Of a DNA stretch of 64,000 nt, positions 30,942-39,124 are shown piece after piece. Under the pieces are notes generated by a model. It was given only the letters and a program-made list of their open reading frames with translations, did no database searches and was not told the DNA's origin. Positions within the stretch are counted from its first letter, which is position 1. Each line of letters begins with the position of its first letter. This DNA is from a virus: positions 1-64,000 of the IMG/VR virus record IMGVR_UViG_3300030616_000002, one strand, 5' to 3'. Both the position numbers and the translations under genes were made by a program.

Positions 30942-32591
30942 TTGCCTGACCTCCGCTCTCGCCTATCCGACCTTGCCGAAGGCTTCGCCGACGCGGCGAA
31001 CCAGACGCTAGCCAACCTCGGACTAACCCTCTACAACTTCGGTACCAAAGATATGAGCGCCGCAAACGCGGTAGCTCAAGCCGTCGCGCCAAAGGCCGAG
31101 CCCAAGAACTCCGAGGATTACCCGCCGGACCAAACCAGCCGACGCGGGCTCTCGATCGATGATGGCCGTATAGGCGGTAGCGCGTACGACTGGTACGATA
31201 AACACACCAAGACCTCGAAGAGCCGCAAGGCGGTTTATGCCGACTGCAGGCAGATGGATTCCGAGAGCCCGGAGCTTCACTCTGCGGCTAACGTAATCTC
31301 CCGTAACCTGTTCAGTTCCGAGGAAGGCGACGAGGTTACCTACAAGGTTGAGGCAGAAGACAAAAACGTAAAGCGGATCCTCGACGACCTAGACCACCGT
31401 ACGCGGCTACCACGCAGGGCCCCGGTAATCGCCCGAGAGCATATCTGTATGGGCGACGCGTTTACCGAGATCGTTGTAGGCGAAGAGCGCAAGCCGCTGA
31501 TCTGGGCAATCAACGAACTCCCGCCGACAACGATGCTCCGCAACGAGGACCACGGGCACCTGGAAAGCTTCCAGCAGGTCGACTCGGCGGGCAATCCGGT
31601 TGTGACCTGGGATCCGTGGGCCATCATGCACCTGCGGTACAACCGGCCCTTTACATCCAAGTATGGCCAGTCGATCTTCTACCCGATCCGCAAGGACTGG
31701 CGGCGGATATCCGCGCTAGAGGACAGCACCGTAGTCATGGTGTTAGAGCGCGCGTCACAGGTCCGCGTCCACAAGGTACCGGTACCGGGCGACCGCTCGC
31801 AGCAGGGCTCCGCGATGAATGACTACAAGGCGCGGAACCGGCGTAAGCGTTCGTGGAACGCGAACAATTCGACCCTGGTAGCTACCTACAATCCGATGGA
31901 TACGGCCGAGATCTACATACCCGTACCGATGGGTATGGAGAACTACCCGAAGGATCTCGGGATCGACACGCTAGACGGGCAAGCGAACTTCCGAGAAGTG
32001 ATCACGGTCGACGAGTACTTCCAGCGCAAGTGTCTGATCCCGCTTGGCGTGCCTCCTAGCTACATGGGGATCGAAAAAGAAACGCACAGCCGCGCGATCA
32101 ACATGGCGCAAGAGGTCGAGTTCGGGCGTATGCTCCGGCACATCCAATACACCCTGGCGACCGATCTAAAAGAATGCGTTTACAAGCTACAGCTACGCTT
32201 CGCCTACGGGAAAGACATCCCGGATGAGGACTATTGGCTTGAGTTCCCTCGCCCGTCAAAGATCGACGATAAGGTCAAGGCGGAGATCATAGAGATCCAG
32301 GCGAAAGCCGCAGCCCTGATCGGCAATACGTTCGGGGTGCCTCTAGATCTAATCCTGATCCACTTCTTTGGCTGGGGCGAAGAGAAGGCGGCAGAGGTCG
32401 CCGCTACCCCCGGCATTTCATCGCAGGAGACCGAGGGGCTGTCAAAGCAGGAGGCCAAGAGCCTGCTCGGCGATGTGCAGCGGGCCGTATCTGAGGACTC
32501 CGAGCGGGCGCGGGAACTCGGGGGACTGCTAGAGAGCATGGCCGACGCAGCAGACTACCTACTGGAAACCAAGGACCCCGTGCGAGTCTAA
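30942..32591 (+). CDS. portal protein
   Basis: In frame with ORF 30771..32591. Size and position after the terminase fit a portal. Start is ambiguous: TTG 30942 follows GGGAG, and ATG 31053 is an alternative. The stretch 30771-30940 covers the repeat element and hairpins. Confidence 0.65.
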   Translation: MPDLRSRLSDLAEGFADAANQTLANLGLTLYNFGTKDMSAANAVAQAVAPKAEPKNSEDYPPDQTSRRGLSIDDGRIGGSAYDWYDKHTKTSKSRKAVYADCRQMDSESPELHSAANVISRNLFSSEEGDEVTYKVEAEDKNVKRILDDLDHRTRLPRRAPVIAREHICMGDAFTEIVVGEERKPLIWAINELPPTTMLRNEDHGHLESFQQVDSAGNPVVTWDPWAIMHLRYNRPFTSKYGQSIFYPIRKDWRRISALEDSTVVMVLERASQVRVHKVPVPGDRSQQGSAMNDYKARNRRKRSWNANNSTLVATYNPMDTAEIYIPVPMGMENYPKDLGIDTLDGQANFREVITVDEYFQRKCLIPLGVPPSYMGIEKETHSRAINMAQEVEFGRMLRHIQYTLATDLKECVYKLQLRFAYGKDIPDEDYWLEFPRPSKIDDKVKAEIIEIQAKAAALIGNTFGVPLDLILIHFFGWGEEKAAEVAATPGISSQETEGLSKQEAKSLLGDVQRAVSEDSERARELGGLLESMADAADYLLETKDPVRV

Positions 32592-32622
32592 CCCATCCCA
32601 ACCCAATGAACGGAAAAGAACC

Positions 32623-33213
32623 ATGACGCAGCAGCGATCAACGGCAGAGGTACGCGCGCTTCTCGGCGATGAGTTCTTCGAGCAAGACGGCTTTGAGGAC
32701 TGGCCGGTCGAGCGGACCAAGCTCTCCGACTACAAGCCTGCGGACTATAACCCGCGGACGATCAGCGATGCCGGCCTGAAGAAGCTCGCCCGCTCCCTAA
32801 AGGCCAACGGGCGTCTCGATACGGTCGTCGTGAATCGGAGAACGGGCAACGTCGTATCGGGGCATCAGCGGTTCTCTGTCCTACTTGCTGCCGGCCTGAC
32901 CGAGACGTGGGCAACCGTGGTTGACGTCCCCGAGTATCGAGAGAAGGGGATGAACGTTGCTGCGAACAACCGGGATGCTCAGGGCGAGTTTGAGATGGAG
33001 GGGCTCGCGGAGCTACTGGGCGAACTGCAGGAGATAGACGCCCCGGATTTCAGCATCGAGGACACAGCGTTTGAGATCGGGGAGGTGGAGAGTATCGTCG
33101 CGACGGGCAACCTGCCTGCCACAGGACCGGAGCCCGATCCCGCGGAGCAGTCTGGCGGGGGCCGCACGGTCGAGTGCCCCAACTGCGGACACAGGTTCAA
33201 CCCGAATGACTAG
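32623..33213 (+). CDS. ParB-like nuclease domain protein (second copy)
   Basis: 196 aa. LSDYKPADYNPRTISDAGLKKLARSLKANGRLDTVVVNRRTGNVVSGHQR is a ParB N-terminal domain pattern. C-terminal CPNCGH zinc ribbon. Confidence 0.65.
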   Translation: MTQQRSTAEVRALLGDEFFEQDGFEDWPVERTKLSDYKPADYNPRTISDAGLKKLARSLKANGRLDTVVVNRRTGNVVSGHQRFSVLLAAGLTETWATVVDVPEYREKGMNVAANNRDAQGEFEMEGLAELLGELQEIDAPDFSIEDTAFEIGEVESIVATGNLPATGPEPDPAEQSGGGRTVECPNCGHRFNPND

Positions 33214-34384
33214 CTTCGCCGACAAGCTCCGCGCCGCAGCCCGCTTCGCTCGCCTGGTAGAGCGGCACCCAGACCTACTGGTAGAGGGCAAGAGCTTCGT
33301 GGACGCGGGCAACGGCTACGCCGACGTAGCGACGCAGAAGTTCAAGGATCTGTCAAAGGCCACGGCAACGAAAGTCGGAGATACGATCGCGGATCTCGGC
33401 GCAGGCAAGCTGACAGGGGATCAGGCGTTCAACCAGGCACACGCGGACCTGATCAAGGCGCACAAGCGAGCATACACGCTGGGCAAGGGCTCGATGTTCG
33501 GGAAGGCAGCGGCGCTCAACGCGGATGATCTGTTCTACCTGCGGCGGGCAATGGAGGTCGAGGCACAGTTCCTCAAGGGCTTCATAGACGACGTGGTGAG
33601 CGGGCGGATAGATCTCGCGGGGAAGATGGGGGCGGGGAGTCGTGCCGACCTCTACTCGCGGAGCCTGCGGGGATCCTGGTGGAACGCGAAGACCGAATGG
33701 GCGGGGGGCGGCGACGACGGGGATGGGTATGAGGTGATCTGCTTTTGGGAGATGTCGCCGGCCGAGCATTGCGAGGATTGCGTAGCACTTGCGTCAATGT
33801 CTCCCTGGCCCCGCGATGCGCTCGCCACCGTGCCCGGTGCTGGTGACACGGCGTGTCAGGCACGCTGCAAATGCAGCCTCCGCTACGAGCGCCGCCGCAT
33901 CCCCAAGTCAAGGGCCAAGGGCAAGCTGATCCCCATGCGGCCGAAGGCGGTTAGGGACGTGTTCAGGCTGCCGCCCGCGCCCGGCAACCTCATGCACCCA
34001 GCGCCGCTAGAGAGAGCAGCGGTCGAGGAGCTACGGCAGAAGGTCAACTACTGGCGGCGGGTCGCAGCGGACGAACTCGCAGCCGGTAACGAGGAAGCCT
34101 ACAGGCAAGCGCTCTCGGCGCGGCGAGTAGCCAACGGGAAGCTCAACGAGTTTCTGAAGGACAACAAGTTGTACAGCCCGCCAGCGTTCGGCGTTGACGA
34201 CGTGCTCTCGGGGCGCGTGCTCGACGAGCGGCTGGTCGATGCCCTGATGAGCCTTGGTTTAGACGGCGCGTCGATCGCGTCAATGCCGAAGGCCCAGTAT
34301 CGTGAGATCATAGATGCGATCATAGATGAAGCTGGTTTATTGGATGCGGAGATCAAGCAGGTCTTGGTCCGCGCCGGCAAGTAG
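33206..34384 (+). CDS. head morphogenesis protein (SPP1 gp7 / Mu F-like minor head protein)
   Basis: In frame with ORF 33071..34384, from ATG 33206. EHCEDCVALASMSPWP...ACQARCKCSL resembles the conserved Cys/His core of this family. Position is right after the portal region. Confidence 0.6.
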   Translation: MTSFADKLRAAARFARLVERHPDLLVEGKSFVDAGNGYADVATQKFKDLSKATATKVGDTIADLGAGKLTGDQAFNQAHADLIKAHKRAYTLGKGSMFGKAAALNADDLFYLRRAMEVEAQFLKGFIDDVVSGRIDLAGKMGAGSRADLYSRSLRGSWWNAKTEWAGGGDDGDGYEVICFWEMSPAEHCEDCVALASMSPWPRDALATVPGAGDTACQARCKCSLRYERRRIPKSRAKGKLIPMRPKAVRDVFRLPPAPGNLMHPAPLERAAVEELRQKVNYWRRVAADELAAGNEEAYRQALSARRVANGKLNEFLKDNKLYSPPAFGVDDVLSGRVLDERLVDALMSLGLDGASIASMPKAQYREIIDAIIDEAGLLDAEIKQVLVRAGK

Positions 34385-34411
34385 AAATCTGAAAAACGGA
34401 CAGGGGCGGCG

Positions 34412-34475
34412 AAAAAAACCTTGACTGGGATCCCCGGTCCCTTTATCAATGGCAAGCAAGGCTAGCTAGGCTAGC
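34412..34475 (+). promoter_or_regulatory. candidate promoter E with CTAG-box (best match to sigma70 consensus)
   Basis: AAAAAAACC TTGACT (34421-34426), 17 nt spacer, TATCAA (34444-34449), then GGCAAGCAA GGCTAGCTAGGCTAGC (34460-34475). Confidence 0.55.
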
Positions 34476-34492
34476 GAAGGCGAGGGCGGAAG

Positions 34493-34792
34493 ATGGAACT
34501 CACGGCACACGATCTTTTCCTCTGTGGGATCTTGGGCGGCATAACGGCTGCAGCGATGTTTGGCGTCGTTGAGATCGCGGCGCGCTACTTCCGGCGATGG
34601 TTCAAGCGTGCGCCCGTGGACTACCTCACCATCGAGGTCTCGACGGTCGGCGTCGACGAGGCAGTAGCCGAGCTAGAGCGCGCCCGCGCCGCAATGGAGA
34701 AGACGGCCGAGTCCGCAGACTACCTCACGGGAGCGCTGGAGCGGCAGGATCGCCCTCTCCCTGAAAGCCAGTCCGAGGGCGGTAGCGAGTGA
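34493..34792 (+). CDS. membrane protein, hypothetical
   Basis: 99 aa with an N-terminal TM helix (LFLCGILGGITAAAMFGVVEIAA). Confidence 0.5.
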   Translation: MELTAHDLFLCGILGGITAAAMFGVVEIAARYFRRWFKRAPVDYLTIEVSTVGVDEAVAELERARAAMEKTAESADYLTGALERQDRPLPESQSEGGSE

Positions 34793-34968
34793 GCGAAAAG
34801 AGACAACAGCAATTAGAACTGGCATGGGAGCGCTGCTCTAGATGCGGGCGGCTAGCGCCGCGCTTGGTGGGCGGCGTGCTGGTGCGTGACTGTGAGTGCG
34901 ACGCGGAGCCGTGCTTTGATGATCTTGGGCGCTACCTTGAGCCGCCACCTGCAGGGGTAACGCTGTGA
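34789..34968 (+). CDS. small Cys-rich ORF (59 aa)
   Basis: Own translation from GTG 34789 (GTGA overlap): VSEKRQQQLELAWERCSRCGRLAPRLVGGVLVRDCECDAEPCF... Confidence 0.35.
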   Translation: MSEKRQQQLELAWERCSRCGRLAPRLVGGVLVRDCECDAEPCFDDLGRYLEPPPAGVTL

Positions 34969-35288
34969 TGTGGAATAGCTACAGGGAGCTTACAGGGGAA
35001 GAGCAGGCGCGAGTTATCGCCGGGGAGTGGAACGGAGATCCCATCCCTACTGGCCGGTTCGTAGCGACGATCCAGTTGCTCTTGTCGCGACTAGCTGCCG
35101 CCGAGGGCCGGGCCGACTTCAATGAGACGCGAGCCCTAGAGGCAGAACAGCGCTTAAAGGATAGGGAGGATCGCCGCTGCCGCTCCTGCCACTACTGGCG
35201 CGACGAGGTGTGTACGCACGACGGGATTCTCTGTGCGGAGTTTACCCCGCCTGGCTTCGGGTGCACGGACTGGAGGGAGAGCGAGTAA
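34968..35288 (+). CDS. hypothetical protein
   Basis: ORF 34965..35288; ATG 34968 overlaps the upstream stop. Confidence 0.5.
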   Translation: MWNSYRELTGEEQARVIAGEWNGDPIPTGRFVATIQLLLSRLAAAEGRADFNETRALEAEQRLKDREDRRCRSCHYWRDEVCTHDGILCAEFTPPGFGCTDWRESE

Positions 35289-35452
35289 TGGCCAAGGGTA
35301 CGAAGAAAGAAGCCCACGCGCCGCCGTGCCGGAAGATCCGCTATCCGGCAGACCTGCGCGCCCTGAATCGTGGGCGGATCTGGGTCCCCTGGCCGAACCC
35401 GAGGGCTGGCTGCAACCCGAATCTGATCAAAGGAAAGGGGCAGAGCAAATGA
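35288..35452 (+). CDS. small basic ORF (54 aa)
   Basis: In frame with ORF 35210..35452, from ATG 35288 (TAATG overlap). Confidence 0.35.
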   Translation: MAKGTKKEAHAPPCRKIRYPADLRALNRGRIWVPWPNPRAGCNPNLIKGKGQSK

Positions 35453-35814
35453 ACGAGCAACTAGAGGTAAAGAGATCCGTCATTCACGCGAGCCGAGAGA
35501 AACCAGACTGCGTTGCGGATCTTGACGAGCGCGGCGTCTGGCACTTCACGAATACCAAGACGGGCGAGTCGGTAGCGTGTCCTTTCTGCATCGTGCTTTG
35601 CGATGTAGTTCACGACTGGGTCTATCACGATACAGTCGGCTATACCGATCCTCTCACATACCTTCGGATCTGCCGGAAGTGCGGAGCCGGCGGGTTCACG
35701 GAAGAGAAGCCAACCGGGGTAGTCAAGCCCGGTGAGTTCCAAAGCGTGCGCGAGGATCTCGCAAAGACAATGGAGCATGTAAGGCTCAACAGCACGCTAC
35801 GGATTTGGGGTTGA
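35449..35814 (+). CDS. hypothetical Cys-rich protein
   Basis: In frame with ORF 35233..35814, from ATG 35449 (ATGA overlap). Confidence 0.5.
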   Translation: MNEQLEVKRSVIHASREKPDCVADLDERGVWHFTNTKTGESVACPFCIVLCDVVHDWVYHDTVGYTDPLTYLRICRKCGAGGFTEEKPTGVVKPGEFQSVREDLAKTMEHVRLNSTLRIWG

Positions 35815-35816
35815 GC

Positions 35817-36242
35817 ATGACCATCGCCGATTTGGTCCAGTGGTTTGCGCAGCGGGATAAGCGTGGACCGCTACTCTTGGAACTCAAGCACAAGATCTGG
35901 CGGTTGCGAGATTGGGCGTGGCGCGGATCGCTCTGCCCTATCTGCGGTTCTCGTGAAATCGCCCGAGTGCGGATGTGCTCGCGGGTCTCTCGGTCCGGGG
36001 CAGGCGGCATATTCCCCCGCTGCAAGGCGTGCGGGTGGGATAGCGATAGGAGAGAGGAGTCGAGGTCACTCCGCAGAACGCTGATTCAGCGCGCTGTGTA
36101 TCGGCTGCTGATGGGCATGTGCTACCCGGGGAACAAGGGATTGCCGGGACTGCGCGGCTTCGAGTTTGAGCACATACACGAAGTCAAGACAGAGCCAATC
36201 AAGATAGAGGGCGTCAAGATTGAACCGATGAGGTTGCCATGA
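35817..36242 (+). CDS. hypothetical protein (N-terminal paralog pair, MTIADLVQWFAQR)
   Basis: In frame with ORF 35805..36242, from ATG 35817. The first 13 codons are nearly identical to those of 36239..36616. Confidence 0.5.
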   Translation: MTIADLVQWFAQRDKRGPLLLELKHKIWRLRDWAWRGSLCPICGSREIARVRMCSRVSRSGAGGIFPRCKACGWDSDRREESRSLRRTLIQRAVYRLLMGMCYPGNKGLPGLRGFEFEHIHEVKTEPIKIEGVKIEPMRLP

Positions 36243-36616
36243 CCATCGCTGATCTAGTCCAGTGGTTCGCGCAGCGAGGGGTAGCGCTGCTGTGCGACTC
36301 GGCGCGGCGGTACGAGAGCGAGCCAGCGCCAGCAGATAGGAAAAATCTGTGGAGCGGTAATCTCTATTCGCTTGAAACGGAGATCGCAAGCATTAAAAAC
36401 ACAGCGCATCAAAACTTGCTAGAGTGCTTGTGGTGCGTGAATCGTAGCGACGGCAAGATCGACGTCGAGGGGATCAAGAACACGATAGACGAGCACAGGC
36501 AGCGAGTGGCGGATCTCGCGATGAACGCACTCGCGATGCTCAAGTCATTGGACGACGCCGATCCCGAGCGCGTGCCCGGCGCCCCCCCCGAAAGCCAGTC
36601 CGGAGACGATGCTTGA
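36239..36616 (+). CDS. hypothetical protein (N-terminal paralog pair)
   Basis: ORF track, 125 aa; ATGA overlap. Confidence 0.5.
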   Translation: MTIADLVQWFAQRGVALLCDSARRYESEPAPADRKNLWSGNLYSLETEIASIKNTAHQNLLECLWCVNRSDGKIDVEGIKNTIDEHRQRVADLAMNALAMLKSLDDADPERVPGAPPESQSGDDA

Positions 36617-36870
36617 CTACCCATCACTACTTCTTTGAGTCCAACGAGGCCCGGATCTCCGGTCTGGTCTGCATCCTAGACGAGATGCGCTCTGGAGACT
36701 GGAACGAGATCCAGGTAGGGGCGATAGACACAGAGCTTGCTAGCATGCTCGGGTTCTTGATCCGGGCTCGCTCTCCGGATCAGCTACAGGCATTCAGGGA
36801 TAAGGCAGAGGGACGGATGCGGGATTCCGGGGTTGAGTTCGCCGGCAAGCCGTGGACGGCGCAGAGGTGA
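36613..36870 (+). CDS. hypothetical protein
   Basis: ORF track, 85 aa. Confidence 0.45.
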   Translation: MTTHHYFFESNEARISGLVCILDEMRSGDWNEIQVGAIDTELASMLGFLIRARSPDQLQAFRDKAEGRMRDSGVEFAGKPWTAQR

Positions 36871-36872
36871 GC

Positions 36873-37145
36873 ATGTTCAAGCGAATCCTGGGGCAGCTTG
36901 GTTTCTGGGTCGGGCTTGCGCTTGCTGCGTGGCCGCTACTATTTGCTGCGTGGTGTGCAATCAGGGGCGAGAATGGTGCACTAGAGGCCGCCACTCTTTT
37001 CCTATCCTCCGCGCTCGGCGGCTGGCTCATTCGCTCCGCCTACGGCAACTGCCGCAACATCGAGATCCGGACGCCAGAGGGCTTTACCGGGTTCAAGCAT
37101 GTTGACGGGACGGGCGACGTGCTTGTGACCTTTGTTCGGGACTAG
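36873..37145 (+). CDS. membrane protein, hypothetical
   Basis: In frame with ORF 36852..37145. ATG 36873 follows GAGGTGAG. Two hydrophobic segments. Confidence 0.45.
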   Translation: MFKRILGQLGFWVGLALAAWPLLFAAWCAIRGENGALEAATLFLSSALGGWLIRSAYGNCRNIEIRTPEGFTGFKHVDGTGDVLVTFVRD

Positions 37146-37157
37146 GGCGGAGAAGGT

Positions 37158-37376
37158 GTGGGCGTGAGCAAAACACTCTACGAGACGATCGAGGAAATGG
37201 AGACGGCGGTGCGCGAGCGGCGCGAGCGGCGCGAGTGGACCGGCCCGATCTGGATCGCAGACTCGCTTTGGAATCGGCTTGTTCGTATGGAGCAGATCCG
37301 CTCCGAGGCCTGGGTCGGCTACGTCGCTGCTGTGTTCTTCCCTCTACTCGCTGCGCTGGGATGGTGGGCGGCATGA
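37158..37376 (+). CDS. hypothetical protein with C-terminal TM segment
   Basis: ORF track, 72 aa. Confidence 0.4.
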   Translation: MGVSKTLYETIEEMETAVRERRERREWTGPIWIADSLWNRLVRMEQIRSEAWVGYVAAVFFPLLAALGWWAA

Positions 37377-37627
37377 AGATCGATCTTAATGATCCCGAAG
37401 CGCGTCTAAATCTGATCAGCAAGATACTAGACGAGAAGGCACGATGGGCCGTCGCATGTGCTGGCGGGAACTTCGCTCCACAGATCAACGATTGTGATTT
37501 TCCCCTGTTAGTTGCTGGCCACTGGGGGCCTGGTATTGACGGTTACGATCTAGATCCCGCAATGACTTACTGGGAGCGGCTGCGAGCGCGAAGCAGTTGT
37601 CCCTATTCTGGCAGGTGTGGGGCATGA
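37373..37627 (+). CDS. hypothetical protein
   Basis: In frame with ORF 37235..37627, from ATG 37373 (ATGA overlap). Confidence 0.45.
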   Translation: MKIDLNDPEARLNLISKILDEKARWAVACAGGNFAPQINDCDFPLLVAGHWGPGIDGYDLDPAMTYWERLRARSSCPYSGRCGA

Positions 37628-37794
37628 GGACGTTCAAATATTTGTCACTCGTTGCGGGCAGTATCTTTTATGGCGTTCTAATGGGGCTTGTCGTGGCGCT
37701 CTGTCAGGAAGCCGGTCTTGAACTTCCTCCGCATACTTGGGTTACGCTCACAGCAACGGGGACGGCGTTCACATTCTGGGGGTTCGACCTATGA
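37624..37794 (+). CDS. small membrane protein (56 aa)
   Basis: In frame with ORF 37597..37794, from ATG 37624 (ATGA overlap). Two hydrophobic segments. Confidence 0.4.
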   Translation: MRTFKYLSLVAGSIFYGVLMGLVVALCQEAGLELPPHTWVTLTATGTAFTFWGFDL

Positions 37795-37847
37795 GCTACG
37801 GGATCTCAAGGTGGAACGCATGAGAACAGGCTTTTAAGGAGGGCGGC

Positions 37848-38405
37848 ATGAGCCTTAACTATAGCAGTCCGAGTCGTTGGTATGGCGGCCAGGAGAAAAA
37901 GAAGCGCAGCAAGCGCAAAGCAAAGAAGCCCGAGCGCAATTTTCTAAAGGTCGGCGATGTATTTACGTCGCGACGTTTGGAGTGGATGAAGCGAGAGGGA
38001 GGCTGTCTCTACCCGCTATATGAGGGCCAGACAAGCGAACCTGTGACCTATTGCGAGACGGTTACGGCGAAGGATGCTGATGGCAACGAATACGAGGTGA
38101 TGAAAGAAGACGAGCGCGACGATGCGAGGCACAGTCCGGCGCGCGGAAAGGCCCGCTTTGTGGTGCTGCGCGTAGACATGTGCGGCGGTGGTTACGCGCA
38201 CGGACCCGGCGATTACTTTTCAGACGGCCTGCACGTCACCGCGCGCAAGCTAAAGAAAGACGGCTCATTCAACCCACGCGGCGAGAAGGTGCGGTTCTAC
38301 ATGAGCGGAGATTTTATCGGAATGATTGAGCCCGAGGAAGTCGAGATCGTCGGCAGGATGAAGATGAACTTCAAGCCAGATACTACACAGGGAACGCCGG
38401 CATGA
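37848..38405 (+). CDS. hypothetical protein
   Basis: ORF track, 185 aa. AAGGAGGG lies upstream. Confidence 0.55.
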   Translation: MSLNYSSPSRWYGGQEKKKRSKRKAKKPERNFLKVGDVFTSRRLEWMKREGGCLYPLYEGQTSEPVTYCETVTAKDADGNEYEVMKEDERDDARHSPARGKARFVVLRVDMCGGGYAHGPGDYFSDGLHVTARKLKKDGSFNPRGEKVRFYMSGDFIGMIEPEEVEIVGRMKMNFKPDTTQGTPA

Positions 38406-38605
38406 GCGTCAAGCCCAACCCTTTTCGCCAGCGCGACGGCGGGCGGGACGAATACGAGCCGGGATGCTACGGGCGGTCTCCGCTATTTGCTTCATTCAAG
38501 CCGTTCAAGAAATACGAACTGTTGTGTAAGGCGTTCGCTGTGTGGCGTATGGAAGAGGCTCGGTTAGCCTGCGAGCGTTTGGGAATCAAGACAGAGGGGC
38601 GATAA
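38402..38605 (+). CDS. hypothetical protein
   Basis: ORF track, 67 aa. Confidence 0.45.
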   Translation: MSVKPNPFRQRDGGRDEYEPGCYGRSPLFASFKPFKKYELLCKAFAVWRMEEARLACERLGIKTEGR

Positions 38606-39015
38606 TGGGAACCAACTTCTATTTATATGACCAGCCGCCGTGCGAAAAGTGCGGAAGACCGTTCAAGCCCAAGCATATCGGCAAGTCAAGCGCGGGGTGG
38701 TGCTTTACTCTGCACGTCGAGCCGGACGAGGGTATCCACGACCTCGGCGACTGGCGAGAGCGATGGGCCAAGCCCGCGGCCTACATCGAGAACGAATATG
38801 GGGATCGGATCTCTCCCGAGGAGATGGATTCTATCATTACCAAGCGCGGACCCGGGCGGCATACGCCGGACGAGCCCGATCCGTGGTCGCCTCGGGACTA
38901 TGAGCAGAACTACGCCGTACCTGGACCCAATGGCCTCGTCCGCCACAGGATCGGACGCTTCTGCGTGGGCCACGGCGAGGGCACTTGGGATCTTGTGGTG
39001 GGTGAGTTCTGTTGA
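38605..39015 (+). CDS. hypothetical protein (CxxC, HIGKSSAGW motif)
   Basis: In frame with ORF 38542..39015, from ATG 38605 (TAATG overlap). Confidence 0.5.
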   Translation: MGTNFYLYDQPPCEKCGRPFKPKHIGKSSAGWCFTLHVEPDEGIHDLGDWRERWAKPAAYIENEYGDRISPEEMDSIITKRGPGRHTPDEPDPWSPRDYEQNYAVPGPNGLVRHRIGRFCVGHGEGTWDLVVGEFC

Positions 39016-39036
39016 GCGGGCTAGCGAGGCAAGCAT

Positions 39037-39122
39037 GGATGGTTGGCCGAATGGACTATGGCGCTGGTCTTGAAAACCAGTGGTCGAAAGACCTGGGGGT
39101 TCGAATCCCTCACCATCCTCCA
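39037..39122 (+). tRNA. tRNA-Ser (anticodon UGA), encoded CCA
   Basis: Hand-folded. Acceptor GGATGGT/ACCATCC; 3-bp D stem GCC/GGC; anticodon stem CTGGT/ACCAG with loop CTTGAAA; long variable arm GGTC-GAAA-GACC; T arm GGGGG-TTCGAAT-CCCTC; then T-CCA. Confidence 0.85.
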
Positions 39123-39124
39123 GG

